Numbered from the whole stretch's first letter, positions 13,789-25,799 are shown. The stretch: DNA of 60,799 nucleotides, filler included, from Sphacelaria rigidula (GCA_964200075.2; 6 parts of 6 records of this genome joined end to end with filler, not necessarily neighbours in it); one strand, 5' to 3'. Numbers and translations are program-made. Notes: generated by a model from the sequence alone, not told the origin.

Positions 13789-14869
13789 CTCTCCTTGTAG
13801 GGCGAACCATTCTCTACCGGAACGCTCCGGTTGTATTCTATTGTACGTGTAGTGCTGAAAAAACAACTTCAACAGTGATGGGGATTTTAATTCTGCAGCT
13901 CGAGGTTGGTGAAATAACGGAGCCAACTCGCGCAGCTGGCGAGCACACCAATCGACGTTACGAAAAGTTTCTCCATCACCTCACCGTGCAGATTTTGTCC
14001 TTGTTCGAAAATGATAACCCCTGGTCACACCTCTCCTTTGCTCAGTCCGAGGTTTCATCGTAACTCTCAAAACTGTGCTCGCTGAAAACGTAGTTGCACA
14101 TGAAGAGTACGCACCTGCGAACGACCTCCACAATCTTGGGGACGATCTCGAGTAATTCAGGCGGGGCAGCGACGTCCTGCGCATCTCCTCCCACCGTAGC
14201 ACTATCTTGACGGTCTTCACGCTCCCCAGGCACACGAACCACTTTAGACGGTCGAAACAACGCCGCCTCTGCCTCTGCCGTCAGTTTACACTGCGTCATT
14301 CCTGCCACGCGCCCCGCTTCACGCATTCCAACCTCGATGCGCTGCGCAGAATCCAAACGTACTCTGCGCCCACCAGGCCGGGCTTTCGTTTCGACGTTGT
14401 GCTTCCTCCCATTTTCGCCATCGCCGCGTACATCCCCATGGCTATCAAATCCAACCTGTTCATCTCGTTTCGTGTCAAAACCTCCCTTAACCGTTGAATT
14501 CTGATGCGAAAAAGAGGCAGCACGGAAGCCCTCCTTAATGGTTACAACGCATGGCCCATCACCCTGATGGGTATGGGTGCCTACATCACAGTTGCCTATA
14601 AAATTCTCCATTACACGCGGTGATGCTGCTGCCGGTGGATCAAATGTGGCTGTTGGTGCCAGAGCAGATGCGTCGTTGGCGCCAGTATCGCCATTCACTT
14701 GCCTGTCATTGCCACCGTTATCATCGTTGAATATGCGATATATGCATGAGCGTGAGTGCGAGCGGCCTTCCACACCATTATTGTTGAACCACGGGTAACA
14801 TGTCCACTCCTTCGATGCCACTAGAAGACGGGCCAACAGCCGATCGGCGGCATCGGAAGGCAGGATGTC
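13789..14869 (-). CDS. Partial gene (2 exons), possible AlkB-like 2OG-Fe(II) dioxygenase N-terminal region
   Basis: Exon 14869-14115 (CAG|..AG|GTGCGT) reads DILPSDAADRLLARLLVASKEWTCYPWF..SHSRSCIY, then a long low-complexity insert, then APPELLEIVPKIVEVVRR. A phase-compatible mini-exon lies at 13837-13789. The similarity to AlkB-family N-termini is by recollection; the HxD motif is not seen. Confidence 0.45.
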
Positions 14870-15259
14870 CTGTTGAGTTTGTCGATGCGACACATATATT
14901 TCAGCAGACAAAACGCGTATAGCAGTCAAACCTTATACTTCGCATTTCCGATTGAAAGCGATTTTCTCAGGTTTTGCGGTTACCACGACTCATCACGGTG
15001 TCTGTTTAATTTCAAACGTCGGGAATTGAGATACATGAGTACCCGACACACGTTCCGAGTGAACAAAATACCTTCACAACCAAACTCGAACGAGATACAG
15101 GTTCACCGTTCTTTGGGGGCCCTACGATTGTACAGTCCCTGGTTCTCGCTCTTTGATGCTTTCGCTCGATCGAACAGATCCGGATCGTTATAATGAACAA
15201 TTTAATGACTTCCGTTCTCCTTTTCTCCCCTGTTCATTGCGCTTCAGCCGAAACGCATC

Positions 15260-18200
15260 CAGTGTTGGAGAAGCAGAAAGGGACAAGGGCAAGTGCAACT
15301 ACGGTGAAGTGACAATAACGGCATGTGGATTGAAGTCGAGGTTTGTGAGATACGGGACACGGGTGTGGTGCGACTATCAGTTGGTGACACCATCGCGAAT
15401 CGAGCGACTGTTTGATGAGGTAGGTGAGTCGAGCGACTGTCTGGACAACGTGGGCAACCGCGTCGATCGGATAGAGACTAAACTGGATGATACTGATGCG
15501 GGGGTAGAATGTTCGGCGATGCAACGATGCAGCTCGCGAACAACGCGGCGGTTTGTCGGGTGGAGGAGGTGTTAAACCGGCTGTCCTCACTCGGCGCTGG
15601 CTCTATTACATCAGGGGCTGGCTCTATCAGCGCCCCGTCGATGACAACTCTCCCGACGCGGTGACTAGGAGTAGTGTCGTAGACGCGGTCCGGCCGCTCG
15701 CGTGTATCTGATGATGTGGTCAGGCATCCGGCTGGACAATAAGAGTGGTCGGGTGCACTAGCCGGGTGCTAACGCCGCACGGCGAAATTTCAGGTCCTGG
15801 ACGGCACGGCAAATTTACAGGTCCTGGACGGCTCCTCAAATTTGCAGGAGATGGTTGGGGTGATGGTAGATACTGTAACTCCTGTACGCCAGGGTCGATA
15901 CCGGGCGTACCGCTCGTTCTTGCTGGAGTTGGCGCGTGGCCCCCTGGGGCGGCAAGGCGAATGCCACAGTGAGATGGTCATGCCCGTTTTCATGACGCAC
16001 CTTGATTCTGGTGTGTTGGATACTATCTACGTGACGATGATGGTTTTCGGCATTGTCGGTAGTGTTACAAAAGGTATGGTAAGACCATCGCGTAACCCGA
16101 CTGGAGTGTCGGCGGATCCGCATCTCACCCGGATTGCGGTCGTAAGATGTCCCTTGTTGGGTGTATGTGACGGTGATGTTGGGATGATGATCACCCGAAT
16201 AGGGAGGGAATCAGTTGGGTCTCAGGTGGATGTGCGAAGCGTTCGTCCACGGTTCGGCGACTTGAGGGATTTTCCTTGGATTGGTCTGTTGGTGTGCGTG
16301 GTTAGAACGGGGTGTACCCATTGGTATCCAACGAGGGGAAATTTGGTCAATAAATTGGGCTATGGTAATCATAGTGGTGTGAGCGATCACTAGGACCGTG
16401 AACAGTATATGAACAACTGCGCTTGGATGTTTCCAACGGTCGCGCGCTGGTATTTGACGTGAGGCGGGTCTTCGATATCAAATATTTTCGTGTTTCCCCT
16501 CGCGAAGGTTGTAGTGCACCAAACATTTCGTGTCATTCATGATCTTACCTTTTCCCCTCGTCGATGATCATCGCACACGCGTGTTGATGCGAACACCGAT
16601 ATTCTGCAGGCACTGCCGTGTGACACAGGTGGGGTCTTGTATGAAGTACTAATACGCATTGGGTCCGTGCGGCAGAAATATAGCCCCTCAGCGTGCGTTG
16701 TAATGAGTAAAGTTGATGTCAAAGAGGCGTTTTCGCCAGGTGTTGTTGACTCGGCACGCGCCGCATACCTCGGCTATGTGTTCGGGAATATGGCTGTAGC
16801 TGACCTATGGTTGGAATTCGGGTAGCTCAGCAGTCCTGGATTTCACGGCTTGCTGGCGGTTGCCTTGGAATGTTCGTACAATAAGACGCCCTTTTTTCCA
16901 CGCGTGCGGTGACAGACATCGGCCGCCCTGCAGCTCAGTCGGTCAAGATAGCACGGCGCCGACAGGGGCGCGTTGCCACTCTACCCGCGGACGGTAAGGC
17001 AGTTCCGGGAGTTGGTGATCCCTCTTTCATGTGCATATATTTTGATGACAGTATACTGATGGAAGTACATTCTTCTCCTGATGGCAAGCGATGTTTACGG
17101 CGAGGCCCGTAATCTCTGATCATTTTCGTTCGCTGGGCGAGCGTGGGCCGAATGAGCCACCGTTGTTTAGATGCAAAAAAAATGTTGTTGTGAAATGCAG
17201 AAAGAAAGTGTCGACCTGGGATATCGTACACCATTGTAAGTGCTGAGTTGGGTGATTGATACTGACTCCTCCTTTAATTCGCATTCAGGGGTAAAAAATA
17301 ACAAATTGTAAAAGCCGTGGTTGCAGTGGCCTCGAGAACGCAAGTGTGCATCAGAGAGACATTTTGTCCTTGACTGGTTTTCTGTTGCACGTCTCGTTTG
17401 TTTTATGCTCGGGAAAGTCCTTTGCTCACCGCATGCTCCCATCGACCGGGGTGTGCCGCCCCTCCCCATCCCGTGTTGTGATGGGGGGTGTTTTGATTTC
17501 AAAAGAGGGCGGCGACGACGTCGCGGGTGGTGGCATCGAGCCCAGAATTTCACGATGATTTAGACGTGTGGCATTGGCTGGGTGGCGATGGATTGTCGCG
17601 GTGCGGAGTAGTATCATCATCCCCGGTATACCGAATGCTGCACGTGTCGTTTGTTTCGCACCAGGAAAGGTTTGTTTTTCACCGCATGCTCGCATCGGCT
17701 GGGGTGCGCCGCCCCTCTCCGTCTCGTGTTGCGACGGGGGTCTTTTTTCATGTTTTCAAAAGGGGGCGGCCACGAAGTCGCGGTTGGTGATATCGAGCCC
17801 GGAGGTTCACGCTGATCTAGACGTGTGGTGTTGGTGGTGGTATTGAGCCCGGAGGTTCACGATAATCCAGACGTGTGGCGTTGGGTGGTCGGCTATGGAT
17901 TGTCGCGGCGTGGAACAGCAATATCATCCCCGCTACAACGGTCGGTGTTACGCCTACCCACGTTGTCCTTGCCTTCGGATGCATCGGGCGCGGCTATCAG
18001 GGACTATCGTCTGCGATCGGGTATGTGGCGGCGGCATGACTTGATCGCTGAGGAACATTTAAAATATCCCACTGTGCACTCGAACGATGATATTTCGATA
18101 AATGTACTAGAACTATTGTGTATGGTAATGTCGGCGCCGGTAATATTTCTTCTCTGCAGGAGACGTCCACGGCTATAAGCTGATTGTGTGCTGTTGTGCG

Positions 18201-19390
18201 GAGACAACTCGTCCGCCGTAACGTGGGTATGAATAAGTGCAGAGGAGGTAAGGAGCCCCGTTCGGGTGCTATGATGCGCATGCTTAGTATGCTGGAAATT
18301 GAATCGGGTTGGGAGTTTGAGGCAAAGCATGTGCTAGGAATTTTGAATGATGCGGATGAAGGAATTTCGCTGTGGCCCATGGATTGTGTTTTTACTGAGT
18401 TCTCGTCTCGCCGTTCTCGATATTCGATGGCATGTGCAGGACATCGGGACAGAGGGGAGACATCTGTTTTCATGCACTTTGGCCTCGGGCTCGTCCGTAA
18501 TACCATTATGCCGTGGTGAACTTACGAGGGATATTCATTTACGAAGAAAGCGTTGATTAGATTGGATCTCAACCACGATGTGATCGGAACACAGCAACGA
18601 CTCTGGCGGCCGGTGTATTACCGTTGCCTTTGGATGGGGTACGTTTGTCGCTTGCGTGGGGCCGGCCACCCACGCGTTGTTGTTGAGTTCATGTGCCTCC
18701 TTTTCCTCTAGACGAGATCACACAAGATGTGTCCTCATTCTGTTTCATTTTCATCACCTAGTAGGCTGTGTGCGTAGAAGTAATGTGGCACTTTATCGGG
18801 GAAGGACGCAGCTGCGTCATGACTGGGGTACGGCAGATGAGGTTGAAGTGCGTTTCCGGGCGCCCGAAGGAATAAATTACGAGTCGGAGCGGTCGTGAAG
18901 TGTTTTCGCTTGGGATTTCCGTTTCCATTTCGAGATGGGGACGGAACGGTCGCGCTAATGCTCAAGCTCTTGTCAGTCGGTGAATCGATCCCTGTGGATG
19001 TCCCGCTGATGACGTACGCCGTGCGGAACAACGGGGGATTTTCGGTATGTACTCGGTATGATGCGGTGGCTGCGTTACGGCAAGTGGTGGCGTTGGCTGG
19101 GCTAACGCCTGCAGAGTTCGCGCTGCACCCTCTGCGGATTGGTGGCGCCAAACACTTGTCCGTAGCAGGAGTGACCTCAGGGGTGTTGCAGAAGAAGGTA
19201 CATGAAAATTGGACGCGTAGAAGACACACGTCCGCGACAACGATGCCAACTGCGGTTTGGTGTCGAACGCTATCGCCGATAGGCGTAGAAGCGGTGATCG
19301 GCAGCCTGGTCAGGGCACCGAGTGAAGGGGCGAGTAGTGACCTTGTCGGGTGAAGGCGGCTATCAGTTGGTGGCAGCATCGCGAATCGTT
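15260..19390 (+). mobile_element. Decayed DIRS/Ngaro-type tyrosine-recombinase retrotransposon
   Basis: Domain order on +: RT (MSKVDVKEAF ~16703; LWLEFG*LSSPG; YFDDSIL ~17038), RNase H (SDASG, INVLELL, KHVLGILNDADEGIS) and tyrosine recombinase (FALHPLRIGGA ~19120). Many stops and frameshifts. A 33-bp direct repeat occurs at both ends. Confidence 0.85.
17382..17940 (+). repeat. ~253-bp tandem duplication inside the retroelement pol region
   Basis: 17382-17634 is repeated from 17635, with a further ~41-bp duplication (gagcccggaggttcacg..agacgtgtgg) in the second copy. Confidence 0.8.
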
Positions 19391-20200
19391 GTTGTCTGAG
19401 GGTTTTTTCACCCTCCCCTGTCCTTCACGTTTCATCGGATTGTCTCTGACGTTTTATCGGATTATGTTTGCGGCGCATGGCGCCACTGTCGAGGGTTTGT
19501 CCCTGGGAATTGGGCTTTTCCTCACAGGTTTTGCCTAGGACTGCGTTTTCCGCGGCAGTGTCGAAAGTGTGATGTTATCTTCCCGAACATCGTTTCTGAC
19601 CACCCCCGCCCGATTCTTCCGACGGAGTGTCATGGAGGAAGTGGCGCGGAAGAGAGTGTTCTTTTTATGGCAGGGCCCAGCCGGCGTGTGGTATGTGACG
19701 AAACCCGCGTTTCCTGCGATCGTTTGTCCGTTCATTATTGCTTGAACAGACTCAGAGGGGATCGTGAGCACGCGATCGTGCGGGGTTCATTCCGATTCTT
19801 CAAGTCGCAGGTGCGTCCCCGTCGCTTGATACGCGTGGTGGAACGGAGCAAGCCGTGGGCCGATGGAGCCCTTGTACCCCCAGTGTTTAATGCCGGCAGA
19901 TGCCGTGCTGTTACAGTGGGGTTAAGTTGTAGTGCGTGCGGGTACGTACTACCCTGTACACGCGTTTGGGGCTCTTGCCGGTAGGACGTTGGCCACGCGG
20001 CGTGGGTACGGGTACATCATGAGACACCGTGAGGTGGGTGCACACATTGGCTAGGGGAGAGATTTGTACGGATGCTATGTTAGTCCACAGCTGAGGCTAG
20101 TGCGACTGCGCTCAGCGCAATCTCCAGATTGGAGCCAACGGTCGGGTACGTGAAGAGGCACACTGTTTTTGAACAGGTGATCCATCAGGTCTTCCTTACC

Positions 20201-20300
20201 NNNNNNNNNNNNNNNNNNNNNNNNNNNNNNNNNNNNNNNNNNNNTTAATTAATTAANNNNNNNNNNNNNNNNNNNNNNNNNNNNNNNNNNNNNNNNNNNN
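20201..20300. other. Artificial contig linker
   Basis: N44-TTAATTAATTAA-N44. Confidence 0.98.
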
Positions 20301-20429
20301 CAGGAAAAGCACGGCTTTTTTGTTGAACCTCATTTTTTTTTCAACCCCATTTTCGAAAAACGGCTGTTTCATCCAGAACAACATATTTTGCACTTCGAAT
20401 TCCAATTTATCCTGCGTTCGGAACAATTT

Positions 20430-21073
20430 CGTCCGTGGAAATCCGTGATTTTTCAGCGGTTCGATCCGTAGGTTATGCTGCGGAGAACGCACGCGGATGA
20501 GCTACGGAGTGGATAGAATCGCTCCGTAGGAAAACCGCGTTTCACGGTCCTCACCGCGCAGCTGTAATTCATACGGAGCGGAGCGTTTTTTTTTAATTAT
20601 CACGGAGCGGAGAAGATACCCGTATATCAGAAAACTTACGGATTATTGCGGAGCGGATATCCGAGCTTGATTATGTCACGGAGCGGATTCTTCGGATAAT
20701 ATGGGACGGAGAGCGGATATGCGGTTGTGAGAAAAGCAAGGGTAGGTCGAGTAGAGTATACTCAATTGCGGGGTGTTTTAAAAGACGTACTTGGGGTACT
20801 CAAATTAGGAGAGACAGTTTGGAGTCGTACGAAAAATATCACTGGAAAGCGATCCCTAAAACCCTACCCCCAATCTGTGTACTTCAAGTACGAAGTCACT
20901 GTCGAAATACCCCACAATTGAGTATACAGTACTCTACTCGGGCTGCCCTTCCTTGGAGAAAAGTCACGGATTGTCAAGGAGCGGATATCCGCCCACCGCT
21001 GATGCCACGGAGCGGTGCGGTTTGACAAACCGCACTGTAATAATCCGCTCCGCGGATTTATTCTTAGTCCTTA
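20430..21073. mobile_element. Transposon end rich in CGGAGCGGA subterminal repeats (hAT-like), interrupted by a MITE
   Basis: About ten copies of (A)CGGAGCGG(A) variants; terminates in atccgctccgcggatttattcttagtcctta. Confidence 0.5.
20737..20955. mobile_element. hAT-type MITE with perfect 8-bp TSD
   Basis: Ends CAAGG / CCTTG, ~45-bp imperfect TIRs, and GAGAAAAG at both 20729-20736 and 20956-20963. Confidence 0.85.
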
Positions 21074-21972
21074 CACATCCCTACCGTTTACTACGCTTGA
21101 CCCAGAGGGTAATGAATAAAGACAAAAAAATCGCTCAAGATCTTGATTTTTCTTTCTCATCAACGGTGCCCAGTAAAAAATCCGGATGTGCGGATGTAGT
21201 TCTGTTTCCTCCTTTTTTTCTTCTCATTCCGTTTTTATTCGCTGCTCCTGACCACGGGCTGGATTGTTGCGAACAGATCATGATGTGAGATATAAAGAAC
21301 CCCTCAACTCATCAATGTACACAAATAATCATAGATTCATTTGCGCCCAGGTGGTGTGATGGTCCAACTGTAACCATTAGGGTGGAGAAAAGGAGGGTTC
21401 GGAAATCCCGATGCGTATAAGGCTTTTTCTTCGAAATATATCATCTCCCCCGTCTGAAGCTCGAGTATGTACGTGAACAAAAAGTAGCTGACTGAGTTCG
21501 TTCGGCGAGAGTTGACCCGGTGCGAGGGTGCTGATCATGATCCGATCCGCGAAGCCAAAAAGCAAGGTGTTTACCACGGAGAGACTGATTCATTCCTCGA
21601 GACCACGGATTCGTCCTGTGGGAGGGGAGGGGTTCAAAGTGCCACAAGTTGAAAAAAAAAAAAAAATCCTGTTCTCCTCACTCACTAATATTCTCCGTCT
21701 CCTCCTACACTCGTGATCATCTCTGACTTCCTTTCCAAACCGCCCGTTGTGAAACGTCAGTCAAAAAGGACGACGTTCAAAAATCGACACTTCGTGCATA
21801 CAGTACTACGCACATTTTCAACAGGGTGCAATATACGAACTCTAAAAACACGCGTTGTTCGGAGTTTACAAACGGTGCTCCATGAGAAGTCCTCGAAACG
21901 ATGCTGTACCGGACTGACAACAAAAAAACGCCACCATATCAACAACGTCGGCCTGGCTACCAACGAAACGAT

Positions 21973-22050
21973 CACACCACAACCACAACAACCACCACCA
22001 CTACCATTACCACCACCACCACCACCACCACAACTATTCCCACAACAGTC
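21973..22050. repeat. (CCA/CAA)n trinucleotide microsatellite
   Basis: Read directly from the sequence. Confidence 0.85.
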
Positions 22051-23008
22051 ACCGTCGACAACGAAAACAAAAACAGTGACGACAAGGCTGCCCAACTTCC
22101 GGAGTGTCTGTGCTCAAAGCACCGATGCGAGAAGTATGCAGCTCGTCGGTATCGAGCAAGGTGCTTCGGTATGCGTAACACACATTACCGAACCACGACG
22201 GCCGACCTCCGTCCGTCCCCCATCCCTGCCCCCGCTTAGGAACACGAATGCACACTCGTTACAATACAAAACGTCATCACACACGCACACACAGTGGGTG
22301 TGCACACATTGCGCACCATCTACACGTTTGTGTTGCGACCGCCGAAAAAAAGAAATCGCATCAAGTTCTTCGTCATTCTCCTCCGCCTCCTCTTTTCGGG
22401 CGGGGCGATCGACGAATTGTCACTTTTTCAAAATAAATAAAAGATACATCATTTGTGCATATATATGAGGTTCCCCCACCGAAGCTAGTACTGATAAAAG
22501 TGAAAAGCCGTGGCTTCCTCCATACAGTTGAGGGGTAGAAGTTCACGAATGGATTTTGCCACGCTCCACATCGCCTTCTCGGGCGAATGTCCGATTCCTT
22601 CCGCCGGAGCCATCCCCGTAACCCCCGACCCAATCTTTCCCCGCCCCCTCTCTGCCGACGAACCATTTGTATTCACCAAGGCCGATGGTGCAAAGCATGC
22701 AAATACGCGCGTACAACGACAGTATCCCATTTGGAACACGTCTTCCGGCGCCCGACCGCCCATTTCGTGGGGAGATATACAACTAGCGGGATAAAAAGCA
22801 GATCAAAGTACAGCGTGCAGTATCGCCACCTCGCCCCCCCCCCTCCTGACCCCCCCTCTCTGCGCGCCGGCCGCCGTCAATCATCTTCGCCACTTCACGC
22901 ACGCCAATAATTTCCAAATGAACGTGATGGCATCATCACACAACAAGCCGCCGGCTGTTTCTGGGCGCTGCTAAAGTCATCATCTCCACCGTAGCATCGC
23001 CGCCAGTA

Positions 23009-25042
23009 TCATCGAGCCGGGATGACTCCGGCCGAGTCCTCCTGCCCGGGAGCGAGCGGTGGCCAGTACAATTCCTTGCGACTCTCGAAAAACGCGCACC
23101 ACTGAGGCCACTGCGCCCGCGGAACGTACTGCAGGGGCGAGGACCCCCGCTTGTCCAAGATCCGCAGGAGGCGAGTGTCGCTGTCGAGCACGATCGATGC
23201 AACATCGAAGCGCGGCGTGGACGTCCAGCACGCGTCGTGCATCACGGTCCTCCCGAAGTCGTCCGTGAGCTCAAGCCCCGACCTCCCGCACACGCGAACC
23301 AGGTATCGCAGGGACCTTACGCGCCCCCGCCGACACGCCATGTGCAACACGCTGTCCCCGAACCGGTTGCACGCGTCCATTCGCCTGCCGGACGACCGCA
23401 TGCCCTCGAGCATCGTTTCGTCCTCGTCCAGCACCGCTCCCAGCATCGCCTTGTCGTAGGCCGCTACTTGCTCTGGCGCCGGCGGACGGTGGAACGCCGT
23501 CCCCATCCCCGGTACCATCTCGGTGCTGTAGCCCCGCTGCCGCAAGATATCATGAAGAAAGTCTTCGGGGTGAGTGTCCAGCGACACGGTGCGCATTAGT
23601 GGCTCGAGCAACGCGAGCCACGCTTCGTTTGTCGTCGGTGGCGGTGCAGATGGATCTACTACCCCCATAGCCGCTGTTGGTGCTGCTCTCGCCTCACCGC
23701 CGTCGACAACGTCTTCCCCAGACGATCCCGATGCGCCCCCTCCCGCGCCCATCGCCGCCGTCCTTCCCCAGGCATCGCTCCCAGTGCCCATGCTTACCCC
23801 TTCCACTCCATCACCCTTCGAGTCGCTGCCGCTGGGCGCTGCGCTTTGCCTAGAGGCATCCGGTTTTCGCATCAAAGACAAATCCATGGGCGTCGAACAC
23901 ACCGTCATGTTTCGTCCGTCGTGACCGACGGACACCCGTGACGTCGCATCATCATTGCCGACGCCGCCGAAACAGCCCGCTCCTCCTGCTCCTTCCCGTG
24001 TTGTTGATGGACCTGCAGTGGCGGAAGAGTGTTGCTGTGGTCGTCGTTGTTGCTGCTGTTGCTGTGGCTGACTGTACTGTGCACCGGCCGTCAAAAACCC
24101 TGTCGGTAGCATCTCCGAGCCGGACTTTGCTCGCTTGCTAGGACCCTGCGCCCCGGAGAAGCCGCTCCCGCCCGCCTTACGCGGAGTCCAACTGACGGCA
24201 GCCATCGAGGTCGCACGGAACCCGCGCCCGTAGCCCTCGTCGTTACGCGAGTGTCGCGGCGACGAGGCAGACGACGACCCGGGCTGCGAGTGTGGTCGTG
24301 GTGGCTGCTCTGCCGCGACCTCCTGTACCGCAGCCGATAGCTCGTCCATAGTCGACAACTGGCCCATGGACTTTATGCGGCCGATTTTTCTCGATCCTCG
24401 CTCGCCCCCATCCCAGCCTCCACCCCAGCCCTCCCCGTCAGCTCCACGAAGCTGAAGTTGCACCTCCTGACCAAGAGCACCCGGAACTGCCGCCAACTGC
24501 CCGGAGGTTTTCGAGCGCACGCAACCGTCGGTCATGTCAAGCGTGAGGCCTCGTGCGTCTGACACCTCATTCGACCCCGACACTGCAGCCACCGGCGGCT
24601 GTCGCGCTCGCGGCGACAAAACCACCCCCCGAAATCGTAGGGAGGTACTCATCGCCTCGTCGATAGTAGAATTGCCGGCAGAATATCTTACGTCCGTGTG
24701 GCGACCGCCGCCGCCGCGAGCTCTCTCGCTTTCCACACGCATCATGTCCGAGGATGAGACAAGTGCGAAGTGCTGTTGAGTTGCAGGGGGGGCTTCGTCG
24801 GCATCCCCAGGATCTGGACGGCTGTCGTCAGCGGCGGCGACGGCCGAGGGTGGAGTTGTTGGAGCAGTGTCAGGGTTAGTCACGGAATCATTGTTCCTGG
24901 TGGTACGAGTTGACGCTCTCGTCAATCTGGACGACGATACGGGTGATGATGTTGATGAACCAGACGGCTTGTCGCGGCTCGCAGTGCTGCCAAAACGAAA
25001 AACCATCGACGCTCGCGATTGAAGAAAGTGAGCCGCTACCAT
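23009..25042 (-). CDS. Ankyrin-repeat protein with a long low-complexity N-terminus, single exon (~677 aa)
   Basis: Uninterrupted 2-kb GC-rich ORF with C-terminal ankyrin repeats NRFGDSVLHMACRRG, DDFGRTVMHDACW and DKRGSSPLQY. First ATG is at 25042; the ORF-track start at 25069 is TTG. Confidence 0.9.
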   Translation of the reverse strand: MVAAHFLQSRASMVFRFGSTASRDKPSGSSTSSPVSSSRLTRASTRTTRNNDSVTNPDTAPTTPPSAVAAADDSRPDPGDADEAPPATQQHFALVSSSDMMRVESERARGGGGRHTDVRYSAGNSTIDEAMSTSLRFRGVVLSPRARQPPVAAVSGSNEVSDARGLTLDMTDGCVRSKTSGQLAAVPGALGQEVQLQLRGADGEGWGGGWDGGERGSRKIGRIKSMGQLSTMDELSAAVQEVAAEQPPRPHSQPGSSSASSPRHSRNDEGYGRGFRATSMAAVSWTPRKAGGSGFSGAQGPSKRAKSGSEMLPTGFLTAGAQYSQPQQQQQQRRPQQHSSATAGPSTTREGAGGAGCFGGVGNDDATSRVSVGHDGRNMTVCSTPMDLSLMRKPDASRQSAAPSGSDSKGDGVEGVSMGTGSDAWGRTAAMGAGGGASGSSGEDVVDGGEARAAPTAAMGVVDPSAPPPTTNEAWLALLEPLMRTVSLDTHPEDFLHDILRQRGYSTEMVPGMGTAFHRPPAPEQVAAYDKAMLGAVLDEDETMLEGMRSSGRRMDACNRFGDSVLHMACRRGRVRSLRYLVRVCGRSGLELTDDFGRTVMHDACWTSTPRFDVASIVLDSDTRLLRILDKRGSSPLQYVPRAQWPQWCAFFESRKELYWPPLAPGQEDSAGVIPAR

Positions 25043-25367
25043 TGAGGGTGATGGGATTTCCCTCTCCAACAGGTTCGGCGCTCCCCGGCACCAGTGAAGG
25101 TACAGAAGTTCACGCGAGACTTCTCCTCGCTGTCGATATCTCGTCTCCCACGGTAGCGTGATCAGAGTGGACTGCGGGCAAAGCGAGCGCGAACGATCAG
25201 GGAGCAGCGTGGCGAGGACTGTGTCAGATGATTACAAGGCTGTCGGTAGAGTGCCAGGTAGGTGTTCTTGGGATATTGTACTGCAGGAGGCACGCGACTT
25301 GCAAGCACTCATCATGTGTGGAATTATATCTGCTCTACGCCACTCCTCATGCGTAGAAAACAAAACA

Positions 25368-25745
25368 AAAACTGCTGAAAACTGCCATTTTGGTCCTTCT
25401 CCGTCGTTTCCCGCCCAAAAAGGGGGCTACGGGGAGGTTGACACCTTCGAATGGTTTACTCTACTTGCCGAGACCGTTCCAGGGCACCTCCGCATTTTCC
25501 GGTGGCTCACGTTTACTTTTCTCGTCAAACTTGCTTCATATAAATGATACCTAGAGGCAAGTTGGCAAAAAAAATGACATGCAAGTTAGGTCCAAAAACG
25601 GCTGCCACCGGAAAATACAGAGGTGCCCTGGAACGGTCTTGACGGCTATAGCACGTCACTCACAGGTTTCAACGTGCGAGTAGCCCTCTTTCCGGACGTG
25701 AAACGACGGAAAAGGGTCAAAAGGCACTTTTTCAACAGGATTTTT
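25368..25745. mobile_element. Foldback/long-TIR MITE (family shared with 54036-54528 and 59895-60169)
   Basis: Inverted arms ccttctccgtcgtttc..agaccgttccagggcacctc..ttttccggtggc versus gccaccggaaaa..gaggtgccctggaacggtct..gaaacgacggaaaagg. Confidence 0.75.
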
Positions 25746-25799
25746 CTTGTAGACCTAGCTCTTTTTCAGTATCCTTTATTTTACTTCATCTATTTCTTT

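Noticed and set aside
21713..22468. 251-aa Pro-rich ORF and overlapping ORFs
   Set aside because: Open only because of the CCA/CAA microsatellite; no domain or splice support.
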